From Heteronotia binoei (lineage: Eukaryota): 33,000 nucleotides of DNA. Positions 20,701 through 30,885 of this stretch are shown piece after piece; the first letter of the stretch is position 1; each line of letters begins with the position of its first letter. The notes under the pieces are model-generated. The model was not told where the DNA came from, made no database searches, and saw only the letters and a program-made list of their open reading frames with translations. The stretch is taken from contig NC_083227.1 in the NCBI RefSeq assembly GCF_032191835.1, positions 83,390,001 through 83,423,000 on the forward strand, in the 5' to 3' direction. Both the position numbers and the translations under genes were made by a program.

Positions 20701-21705
20701 TGAAGTATTGTAATTTCCCTCATAATTTTCTTTTTCCCAGGCCCCTTCCTCAGCTCCCCCTCTTTTTTTCTTTATTTCATTCTGAATGTCCAACAATTGT
20801 TTTTCCTTTGCTCTTTTATCTTTATTGTTCAGTGTAATCAATATCCCTCTCATTACTGCTTTATATGTATCCCAAACCGTTTGAAATTCAATATCCTCCT
20901 TATCATTTATTTGGAAGAAAGCTTTAGTTTCTTTCTCTAGAGATGCCACTATTTCTTTATTTTGTAGTAAATCTTCATTTAACCTCCATCTTCTCACTTT
21001 TTTGGTCAACTTAGTTGACCACAATAATGGATTGTGATCTGCTCCTACTTTAGGTAAGATCTCTATTTTCTTTGTAGTAAGACCTAAGTCTTTTGTACCC
21101 CACAACATGTCAATTCTTGAAAAAGTATTATGTCTTGCTGAAAAAAAGGTATAGTCTCGCACTTCAGGGTTGAACTTCCTCCATATAGCTTCCAGATTTT
21201 CTTGTTTAACTAATTCAAAAAATGACTTTGGCAATTTCCCTTCTTTATTATTTGTTTTCCAGATCTATCCAATGCATTCTTAATTGTTCCATTAAAGTCC
21301 CCCATTATCATAATTTGTTCATATGTCACATTATCCAATTGTTGTGTAATGTCTTTAAAAATATATCTTTTGCTCCATTTGGTGCATACAGTCCCAATAG
21401 TAACTTTTTCCATTTATTATTATTTCCACCACTAGATATCTCCCATCATTGTCCTTAAAAATCAATTTTGGGTCCAATTCTTGTTTAATATAGAAAATCA
21501 CTCCTCTTTTCTTCTGCTCAGCCAGTGAAAAAAATTCAAGCCCCAATTATTTATTCCATAAAAATTTATAATCCTTTTGTTTAATGTGTACTTCTTGCAA
21601 ACAAATTATATTACAATTTTGCTTTTTAATCCAATGAAACGTTGCCTTTCTTTTTTGTGGTGAATTTAGTCCATTTACGTTCCAAGATAATTTGTAATCC
21701 ATCAT
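17738..21705 (-). pseudogene. L1 ORF2 (APE endonuclease, reverse transcriptase, C-terminal CCHC), disrupted
   Basis: EN motifs SWNVNGLN, CLQE, IMGDFN, SRID and ADH. RT motifs KAPGPDG, YRPISML, DAEKAFD, YRAFADD and KYLG. CCHC motif RCWKC..HMWWTC. A premature stop near 21547, several frameshifts and a SINE insertion. Confidence 0.93.
19569..19781 (+). mobile_element. Young tRNA(Ala)-like SINE with a CR1-type tail, inserted antisense in L1 ORF2
   Basis: A-box tggctcagtgg and B-box ggttcaatcc. Tail gatggaccaagggtctgattcagtata...catatgttca. Short TSD atatc (19564-19568 / 19782-19786). Removing it restores ORF2 ...DLTEDMKISKG... Confidence 0.85.
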
Positions 21706-22465
21706 GGTTCAAATTCTTTATGTTCTTCATAAAACCTACACAGTTCTTGTGTATTTGTGATTGTGATCCTTTCCCCTTGAAGTTCAAAACTCACACCTTC
21801 TGGTAGTATCCACCTATACCTTATTTCATTATCTCATAATTTTTCTGTCAGTTTCTTGTATGTCCTTCTGTCAGTTAACACTTGTCTTGGCAGCTCCTTC
21901 ATGATTCTTACTCTGCTGCCTTCAACTGTCAGTGTTTTCCCAAAGTTTTTATTTATGATCTTTCCCACCATTTCTTTTGTCATAAACTTTATAACCACAT
22001 CTCTTGGTAGATTATTCTTTTTGGCATATAATGAGTTAACTCTGTACACATAGTTATACATATTCCTAGTACCTTCTAAATCTTCCTCCAGGAATTCCGC
22101 AATAATTTTTTATTATATATTCCTTTAAGTCAGTTTGTTCGTCTTCAGGTACTCCTCTCAGACGTATCTGAGTTTCCATCAGTTTGCAGTCATGTATTAC
22201 CACTTTTTCTTGTATTTTTTCAAGGTGGAATCATGTGCTTTCACTCTCCCCTCCACTTCTTGCACTTTCTTAGATATTACCACAGTTTCATTTCTGAGAT
22301 CCTCTATATCTTTTTTCAAATCTTCAATGTCCTTTCTAATTTCCTTTTTGGAGGCAGTTATTAGCTCTTTCATCCCTTTCATCATCCTTGCTTTCATTGC
22401 ATCCAATTGCTCTGCATCTTCTCCAGTGAAGAAGCCCTTGTACGTATTGGCTTATGGTCTGACAT
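21702..22465 (-). pseudogene. L1 ORF1 (coiled coil plus RRM/CTD-like), frameshifted
   Basis: Begins MSDHKPIRTRASSLEK at 22465. Heptad-like KKEIRKDIEDLKKDIEDLRNE, then LPRDVVIKF...RIMKELPRQVL..RR.YK.L and RYRWILP, ending EFEP* at 21702. Confidence 0.8.
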
Positions 22466-24779
22466 GTAAAAATGCTGAAAAAGTTGACCTCAGCAAATTA
22501 AAATCCAACTACCGGGTTTTAAAGAATAAATTTTGCTTTTTTCAATAAGCCCAAAATCACCAACCCTGGGGCCTCTTAAGCTCAAATATAAATTTTTAAA
22601 GTTTATATTTTTTCCAAAATGGCGGTCGCAACTTTTATGTCCCTTTTTAAACTTTTTTCCACTTTTTTTCTGGAGGCTTCCAAAGTAGTTTTAACAATAA
22701 TGTCCAATAGTATTTACCTTACAATGTTCAAATTCACCGGTTCCACTAATTTTTGATGTCTCAAATCCTTTTAAATAACTTTTAAATTTTGACCTTCTTG
22801 TAATGGCCACTGAAGTTTTTCTATGACTTCTCAGTCCTAGAGCAGGCTGGCTGACTCCCAATTTTCCCTTCTTCACTGAATACTTCCTGCTTTACTTGCC
22901 ACCAAATCCCGTTCTTGCTGGTAGAAAGATCTCGCGATGCTTGTGACGTACTTCCTGTGTCATCCGTTAAAACTGCAGCTCTATGATGATGGGGCTTTCC
23001 AATTGCAACCACAAGTATTCAAAACAATTATTTTCTTTTCTCTTTTTAACACTGTTTTTTAGTATTTTACAGTCCCAATTTCGCCCCTTCTCCCCTTGTT
23101 TATCAATAGCTTCTATATTCAATCTTCCACCTTTTAAATTTTAATTTTTACAGTTCTTCTTAGTCCCGCAATGAAAGATAACAATCTGTACTTTTTGCTG
23201 TGGTTATCCAAAACGGCTCTGGTCTTGCATAAATTTAGATGTTCAGTAGAATCAAAGAAGGTTTGGATCTTGATGAGCTTGTCAATTAATGACTCTGTAA
23301 ACTTCTGTGGACGCTGGAATGCAACTCGTCTCCTGAGACTTTTCAAAGCCTCAAAGGAGCCCCCCCCCGCCCCCGGGACTCCCTTTAAGCCAAAGTAAAT
23401 CTCCTCAGAGTTTTTCGAGCATGTCTTGGACTAATCTCTGACTGAGAAAAGTAGGCAGTAGGCATTGGATTGCCTTTTTCTACCCCTAACAGAAGTTCCA
23501 GTCTGCTCCCCTACAGAGAAGCAGTTCAGCTTGCCATTCTCCAACCCCCGTGCTATTTGGTTCAATGAATCTTTTAGAGAGATTTTAATAAAATATCCCT
23601 GATCACCCATCAAATTTCTCTGGTAAGAAACATAGCAACAGGACTGTTCAGATTTATAACCTTAATAATCTTTAGAGGGTGTTACTCTCCTGAGCAGGAG
23701 CGCACAGCTATCCACAAATTTGTATCCTTTCTTCTGTTTTAGAGTAGCATGCAAAAACTGGACTATCTAACTATTTGGGAATTTGGGATATTCCTGAGCC
23801 CCAAGATGTAGTTGGAAGGCACACGATATAGCGACCTTGCAGAGGAAAAACAGCTCTGTGTCTGTTTGAATTTGGATGGAGACTTCCTGAGAACCCTAGG
23901 TCCACTGGTGATTTAGAACAGGGGGTATATAACTGAAAATAAATATTGCATTATTTCCATTGAACTGGGGTTCCTGGCATACAAATATGGCATGGAGTTG
24001 GGGCACATTTCATATGAAAATGCTTTGAATGTGCATCAGATGCTGGTGTCCCATGATGCCACACATTGGTATCAGAAGGCAGAGAGCTTGCACACTACAG
24101 AGTGTACAATCACCTCAGAGAAGATACCTTGCTTACTTGTATCATAAATACAATTTTCATTTCTTTGTGCACCCAAAGCCTGTTGTCGGAGCAGTGGAAA
24201 GCTATCTGCTTGGACTTATCTTACCCTGTTCGTTGTTTATGAGATCAGGCCTTGCAAAAAGAAACTGTTGCTCTCTGGGCTTGCTCTTAGAGCCTCAGGA
24301 TGCAGATTTTCCATGAACAGCCATGGCTGGGTGTGTGCTGCTGAGAGCTTACGAAGGCCAGCAATGGAATATACAGCTAAATATATCAATCCGGAAACAG
24401 CTGAATGGCAAAGCCTATGCACTTTATTACACTTCTGTGGTTAGCTGATGCAACATGAACACTGAATTATTCACCCTTCTTTCCTATTGCTGTCACTAAT
24501 AATGACCCACCCTCCATTAGCCTAAAGAGAACACCTCATGGATTCTTTTATGACAATCTAAGGACCTGCCCAGTGATAGGAAGATCTTCCACATCAATGG
24601 CAGCAACTCTGATTACACTTTCTTCTGTGACTTGTATCTGTATTGTTGGTGTATATACTTCCTGTAATGTGCTTCCTATAGTGTGCATAGCGCTTTTTAA
24701 TAATGGTGTCATACAGGAAGCATTTGAGGGGTGCCATTAATCTTCCATTTTGAAAATAAAGAGGTCTAAGACTTGCCAA

Positions 24780-24935
24780 GAGCATCAGACCAAGGAGAAC
24801 CAGGTTCAAATCCCCATTTAGCCTTAAAGCTCAGTGGATGATGACCTTGGGCTAGTCACTCTCTCTCAGCCTAACCCATTGAGAGGAGGAAACACAAAAT
24901 GAGGAACCATATACATGAGTTCTCTGAAGGAAAAA
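24780..24935 (+). mobile_element. Old MIR/CORE-like SINE remnant
   Basis: ccaggttcaaatcccc B-box followed by gaccttgggctagtcactctctctcagcctaacc. Confidence 0.4.
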
Positions 24936-24961
24936 CTAAGTTCTTCTACATCGATGAACTT

Positions 24962-25258
24962 TAAAAGGTAAAGGTGGTCCCCTGTGCAAGCACCAGTCGT
25001 TTTCGACTCTGGGGTGACGTTGCTTTCACAACGTTTTCACGGCAGGCTTTTTACAGGGTGGTTTGCCATTGCCTTCCCCAGTCATCTACACTTTCCCCCC
25101 AGCAAGCTGAGTACTCATTTCACTGACCTCGGAAGGATGGAAGGCTGAGTCAACCTGGAGCCAGCTACCTGAACCAGCTTTCCTGGGATCAAACTCAAGT
25201 CGTGAGCAGAGGGCTCTGACTGTGGTACTGCAGCTTTACCACTCTGCACCACGGGGCT
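24962..25258 (-). mobile_element. Sauria/Squam2-like SINE, full length
   Basis: Same family as 2087. TSD tc(g/a)atgaactt at 24951-24961 and 25261-25271. Confidence 0.88.
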
Positions 25259-25271
25259 TTTCAATGAACTT

Positions 25272-25375
25272 AGAGGGAGGTATTTGTGAATTTCCTGCAT
25301 TCTGCAGGGGGTTGGACTAGATGACCCCGGAGATCCCTTCCAACTCCATGATTCTATGATCCTATAATTCATCCT
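25272..25375 (+). mobile_element. CR1 3' end fragment
   Basis: gggggttggactagatgacc...cccttccaactccatgattctatgatcctata. Confidence 0.8.
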
Positions 25376-25993
25376 ATAATTAATACCATCAACACCAATG
25401 TGGTGGCAGTTCTCCCACATGCCAGGGATTTTATTTCCAACAGATTAAAGCAGGTATTCTCAAACATTTTGGACAAAAGCAACATTTATGATGAGCAATT
25501 TATGACCCAGGTAAAAACACGTCAAGTATTAATTCTGACACTTGCTGAAAGAGCTTTTCACATGTTGTAGTGCCTCAACTAGAGTAACCAGTTTTGTGCT
25601 TTTTAAAATTCCAAAGCTGACTCTCAGTGGGGCTGGTCATGAAGAAACATCAACTCATTGCTTCATGAAGAATGGGAGCAATTCCACTGGTGGAAGTAGT
25701 TTCCATTAGTGGAGCATGACTTGCTTGCTTTACCCTTCCTGCTGCAGGCCCAAATGCTGGTCCCAGGGGACAGGGACCCTCAGAATCAGCTTAGGTGGAG
25801 TTGGTCATCTGCAGTGGGGGAAAATTAGCAAAAACTGTCTGCCTTCCATCCACAGAAATCTTCCCCCTAATCCAATCCATCTAGTCCAACTTCCTGTAAG
25901 GGCAACTTTTTGAGATTTTGTCCATTCCTGACTGATGTCTCACCAGTTCTCTTTTAATTATATATTATATCTCACTCCTCCTAGAAACTAACA

Positions 25994-26279
25994 GCAGCAT
26001 ATAGAAGATATTGGATTTATATCTCACCCTCCACTCCGAATCTCAGAGTTTCAGAGCGGCTCAAAATCTCCCATGTCTTCTCCTCCCACAACAGACACCC
26101 TGTGAGGTGGGTGGGGGCTGAGAGGGCTCTCACAGCTGCTGCCCTTTCATGGACAACTCTGCCAGAGCTATGGCTGACCCAAGGCCATTCCAGCAGGTGC
26201 AAGTGGAGGAGTAGGAAATCAAACCCGGTCTTCCCAGATAAGAGTCCGTGCACTTAACCACTATGCTAAACTGGCTCTC
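25994..26279 (-). mobile_element. Squam3-like SINE
   Basis: Reverse complement of the family at 31395. Head ...cttaaccactatgctaaactggctctc. Confidence 0.85.
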
Positions 26280-26280
26280 T

Positions 26281-26365
26281 AGACCATATCCCATCTCAGC
26301 ACTAAGCAGACCTTGAATTGCTTAGCTTCAGGCAGACTGCTGATTCCTGTGCTTCCAGCCATTCC
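26281..26365 (-). mobile_element. 5S rRNA-derived SINE head remnant
   Basis: The reverse complement gaagctaagcaattcaaggtctgcttagtgctgagatggga resembles the 5S internal promoter region (A and C boxes). Diverged. Confidence 0.4.
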
Positions 26366-26644
26366 CAGGAATATCATGGGGACTTGAAGTAATTGTGGTG
26401 CAGACTATAGATTTTTATAATCAGTACTGTCCCTAATTATCAGGGTGAGCAATGATTGTTTCTTATCTTATTCACCCATGCTACAGTTTTGTAAGATAGG
26501 TCACTATTATGGATTTCCTATTAACAGACCATGGAGGGAACACTGAGGCCAAGAGATGCTAGTTGAAGCCACTGCAAGAGTGTCTGAAATATAATTTGAA
26601 TCTGAGGCTCCCTAGCCCAATTTCAAGAGCTAGTTGAGAGCCCA

Positions 26645-26850
26645 TGAGGTGTAATGGATACAGAGTTGGACTAGGACTTGGAATATCTGGGTTCAAATCA
26701 CCTTAAATAAAGCCATACATTTTACTCACTGACCTTGAGTGAGTCACTCTCGCTACCTAACCTACCACACATGGTTTGTAGTGATGATGAGATAGGGAAG
26801 AACTATGTATGCCATCCTGAGCTCCTTGGAGGAAGAGCAGGGTTTTTGTT
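26645..26850 (+). mobile_element. Old MIR/CORE-like SINE
   Basis: gtgtaatggatacagagttggactag...ctgggttcaaatc head, tgaccttgagtgagtcactctc core, and tgagctccttggaggaag tail. Confidence 0.45.
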
Positions 26851-26984
26851 TGTTTGTTTTAAAAAGATGGATAGATAGTTCCCATGATCCTCAGCATACA
26901 GCTACCATGAATCCCTATTCAACTTGGCCATATGTTGAAGGGAAACTGCTGTTGCTCCATTACTTGCACAGTTTTCTTGCCTGT

Positions 26985-27926
26985 GTGTGCTTGATGGCCA
27001 AGTTTGCAGATGACACTAAATTGTTCAGGGTGGTGAGAACCAGAGACAATTGTGAGGCAATCCAAAGGGATCTGTTGAGGCTGGGTGAGTGGGCGTCAAC
27101 GTGGCAGATGAGGTTCAATGTGGCCAAGTGCAAAGTAATGCACATTGGGGCCAAGAATCCCAGCTGCAAATACAAGTTGATGGGGTGTGAACTGGCAGAG
27201 ACTGACCAAGAGAGAAATCTTGGGGTCGTGGTAGATAACTCACTGAAAATGTCAAGACAGTGTGCGATTGCAATAAAAAAGGCCAACACCATGCTGAGAA
27301 TTATTAGGAAGGGAATTGAAAACAAATCAGCCAGTATCATAATGCCTCTGTATAAATCGATGGTGCAGTCTCATTTGGAGTACGGTGTGCAATTCTGGTC
27401 ACTGCACCTCAAAAAGGATATTATACCATTGGAAAAAGTGCAGAAAAGGGCAACTAGAATGATTAAAAGTTTGGAACACTTTCCCTATGAAGAAAGGTTA
27501 AAACACTTGGGGCTCTTTAGCTTGGAGAAACGTCGACTGCAAGGTGACAGGATAGAGGTTTACAAGATTATGCATGGGATGGAGAAAGCAGAGAAAGAAG
27601 TACTTTTCTCCCTTTCTCACAATACAAGAACTTGTGGGCATTCAATGAAATTGCTGAGCAGTCAGGTTAGAATGGATAAAAGGAAGTACTTCTTCACCAA
27701 AGGGTGATTAACATGTGGAATTCACTGCCACAGGAGGTGGTGGCGGCTACAAGCATAGCCAGCTTCAAGAGGGGATTGGATAAAAATATGGAGCAGAGGT
27801 CCATCAGTGGCTATTAGCCACTGGGTGTGTATGTGTATGTGTGTATTTTGGCCACTGTGTGATACAGAGTGTTGGACTGGATGGGCCATTGGCCTGATCC
27901 AACATGGCTTCTCTTATGTTCTTATG
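26985..27926 (+). mobile_element. 5'-truncated CR1 LINE, relatively young (RT C-terminus and 3'UTR)
   Basis: KFADDTKLF...MRFNVAKCKVMHIG...LGVVVD..LKMS.QC...LEKVQKRATRMI...SLEKRRL.GD.IEVYKIM is open for about 240 aa, with a frameshift near 27705. Tail ctcttatgttcttatg. Confidence 0.93.
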
Positions 27927-29240
27927 TGGGTTAAAAGCTCTGTACACTTCACCTGAGGTGCCCATGTTGAAGCCATCATGTGATCTCCTCAGAACACAGT
28001 CAAACTGAATAAATATTTCATTTACATACTTCTGACCATTTATAGATGGGTTATGTAAACCATCCCTCTGTCTTATGGGATATATAATCTAATATGGTCC
28101 TGTGTCCATTGGCACCCCCTCCCCTTGTCATTTGATGTCTGCTTTTCAAACTCAGAGCATAAGGGCTGGAATTCACAGGATTTCCTGACTCCTATTCCAG
28201 CCCTTTGAGTGAGCCCTAGATCAGGCCTCTCCTGATGGGGGTGGAGAGTCATGGCCTGGTTCCCAGGATCCCTGACCAAATATAGAGCCATAAACATCTG
28301 AGCAAGATGTTTCTAGGCCTCTGCCCAGCCACTTCAGCAAGAGATGATTACCTTCCAAATGGCTGGTGTAAAGTGACCTTGAGACACAGGGTTGATGCCT
28401 GGCTCCAGAACAATAGGAAGGAGCTGGCAAAAAGGAAACTCTTTAAGCTCCTGAGGGTAATCACAAGACTGGGGGGAGTGAGGGGCAGGAAGCTCTTGTG
28501 TGCCTAGAGGTCATAAGTAAAGCCATGACAGATCTTACTGGGGTTTATATATACAAACAGGAATATGACCCATGTTTACAATTACTGTGCTGTCACACAT
28601 TCCCATGCATGCAAAGCTGGAGGGAAGGACTGCACTGCATCTCTGTGCTGATCACGCCTTCTATTCTTGCTTAGGAATCCTGCTTCCATGCTGTGTTCAC
28701 TGCCGAAATGCATTTGCATGATCCACATGGGGTTAATTGAATCTCGGATATACCTTTAGTATAGCGAACTCCTGTTGCTTTAGCGTAATTATTATCATCA
28801 GGCTGTCAACAGTCATTGCTATGCTTAATTCGTACACCTAAAACAGTGTCAGTGTTATGCAGTGCCACTGATACAATTTGGACATGTGTATGGTGCTTTT
28901 GTAGCATTGACACAAGGCAGTTTCTCTGCAAGTTCTGAAGAGCATCAGCTTGCACTTATGTCCTTCTTAACGTTGCAGCCTTAGACAACCTCAACAACAA
29001 GATATTCCATTGTGGGAAATTATTAGCAATGCAATCTAAGCCAATTATGTTGCGGTTTTTGACTAGGAATGCACAGTAAGACTGTTGCTTTGTTAAAAAA
29101 AATCTTAATCACATGTTTACTCCATTAATCAATCAATCAGTGAATTAAAAAGGCTTTCATTTGCAAACAAATACTTTTGAAGAAAAATACTTGCTTTCGT
29201 TTTAGATGGTGCATGGCATGCACAGGTCATAGCAGGTACC

Positions 29241-29301
29241 ATATTAGGTGAAGTATTCCCTTACAAGATGCTATATTAGGTGAAGTATTCCCTTACAAGA
29301 T
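29241..29301. repeat. 29-bp direct tandem duplication (period 32)
   Basis: atattaggtgaagtattcccttacaagat at 29241-29269 and 29273-29301. Confidence 0.9.
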
Positions 29302-29385
29302 TTTTTTTTGTAAAAAGCTGAGTATTTTTAATATAAAATGTACAAAACTGCAAGCACACTCCCCCTTCTCCTTCACAAGGCTCAC

Positions 29386-29547
29386 TTTCTAGCAGGAACT
29401 CCTTTGCATATTAGGCCACATACTCCTGATGTAGCCAATCCTCCAAGAGCTTGCAGTAGGCCCTATAAGAAGAACCCTGTAAGCTCTTGGAGGATTGGCT
29501 ACATCAGGGGTGTGTGGCCTAATATGCAAAGGAGCTCCTGCTAGAAA
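29386..29547. mobile_element. Palindromic MITE fragment inside an extra outer inverted repeat
   Basis: 71-bp arms (29386-29456 / 29477-29547) with 4 mismatches. The outer IR (29298-29334 / 29549-29583) differs only in homopolymer lengths. Confidence 0.7.
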
Positions 29548-30079
29548 AATATTAAAAATACTCAGCTTTTACAAAAAAAATCTAATGTCTCATTAATCAG
29601 AAGCTCCTTTAATTAATCAAAAGAGTTTAAAATCAGCTAACCTAACCAATTACAATTGAATTTTGTAGTCCTGCACTTGACATGGCACTGGATTTCCATT
29701 TTTGCAGGGATTTATTCCTTTACTTCCTTCTCATTGCTAAAGCACCAGACAGGGATTATGGGACACTCCTGTGCACATTGACCCAAGAAGATTATCACAG
29801 TTCCATCAGTGCTGATTTAAGGCATCAATAATGAACATCTGACTGCATTGTCCTCAGTGGCAATATCAAAAGGATCAGTGAACGCATTGCTGCACTGAAA
29901 ATTGCTCCAGATAGAAGAATGCCAGCTTTCTCAGCTTCATTTTTTGTAGCTCAGACCCACTGATCTCACATTTGTAGCAATGTTGTCCTTATCCGCTGCT
30001 TTCCTAATTCATAAGACAAGATTGACCTTTATTTTCTGTTTTCTTGCCCCTACTCAAAGTAAGCAACAAAAGGCAAGAA

Positions 30080-30152
30080 GGGGCTGTGGCTCAGTGGTAG
30101 AGGATTTACATATACAAAAGGTCCCAGGTTTAGTCCCTGCAATCTCCAGTGA
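30080..30152 (+). mobile_element. tRNA-derived SINE head remnant
   Basis: ggggctgtggctcagtggtagag...aaggtcccaggtttagtccctgcaatctccagt, the same head as 19569. Confidence 0.5.
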
Positions 30153-30184
30153 GCGAGATCAGATAGTGGAGGAGGAAAGTAATG

Positions 30185-30377
30185 TCATGTCACACCTAAC
30201 ATACGGCAATTTGTAGGGTTTTAAAGGCAAGATAAGAACAGGTAGTTTGTCCTTGCTTGCCTCTACATAGATACCCTGGGCTTCCTTGGTGGCCTCCCAT
30301 CTAAGGAGTACCAAGGGCTAACTTTGCATAGTTTCCAAGATCTAGTGAGACTGGGCTATCCTGGGCAATCCAGGTCA
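30185..30377 (-). mobile_element. 5S-Sauria-like SINE, degraded
   Basis: The reverse complement has a 5S-like head (gatcttggaaactatgcaaagttagcc...gatgggaggccaccaagg) followed by gcaaggacaaactacc...ccttt. Related to 32880-33000. Confidence 0.6.
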
Positions 30378-30479
30378 GGATGAGCAGGAAATAAGTAATG
30401 TGAAAGACCTTTACCTGAGATCTTGGAGCACTGCTGCCATTCAAAGCAGACGGTGCTGACCTTGATAAAGCAAGAATCT

Positions 30480-30494
30480 GAAGAAGAAGAATTA

Positions 30495-30563
<69 letters not shown>

Positions 30564-30827
30564 TTTATCTTGCCCTCCACTCTGAATCTCAAAGTCTCAA
30601 AGTGGCTCATAATCTCCGTTATCTTTCTCCCTCACAACAAACACTCTGTGAGGTAGGTAGGGGGCTGAGAGAGCTCTCACAGGAGCTGCCTTTTCAAGGA
30701 CAAGCTCTGCCAGAGCTATGGCTGACCCAAGGCCATTCCAGCAGCTGAAAGTGGAGGAATGGGAAATCAAACCCGGTTCTCCCAGATAATAGTCCATGCA
30801 CTTAACCACTATACCAAACTGGCTCTC
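30480..30827 (-). mobile_element. Squam3-like SINE with an expanded (ATC)22 tail microsatellite
   Basis: Family match to 31395. (GAT)22 at 30495-30560 on the plus strand. Confidence 0.85.
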
Positions 30828-30885
30828 CAGCTTCATGTGTTCATTTAGTGGCACTGTCTAGCCAGAACATACCATTCATGCCATG

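Larger units (their letters stand above)
17422..23529 (-). mobile_element. Apparently full-length L1-clade LINE, inactivated
   Basis: About 1 kb of 5'UTR, then ORF1, ORF2 (EN-RT-CCHC), a G-rich 3'UTR, aataaa and an A-rich tail. Candidate TSD cttgccatt (17413-17421 / 23530-23538). The 5' boundary rests only on this TSD. Confidence 0.85.

Noticed and set aside
23134-23346. Extra upstream ORF in the L1 5'UTR
   Set aside because: It starts at TTG rather than ATG, is short, and has no recognisable motif.
26805-27707. 300-aa ORF as a host gene
   Set aside because: The N-terminal 60 aa or so are SINE and unique flank read-through; the remainder is CR1 RT C-terminus.
29241-29301. 29-bp direct repeats as a CRISPR-like array
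   Set aside because: Only two copies with a 3-bp gap, no spacers or cas genes, and a vertebrate context.
30356-30656. Poly-Asp and poly-Ser ORFs
   Set aside because: Translations of the (GAT)22 microsatellite in a SINE tail.
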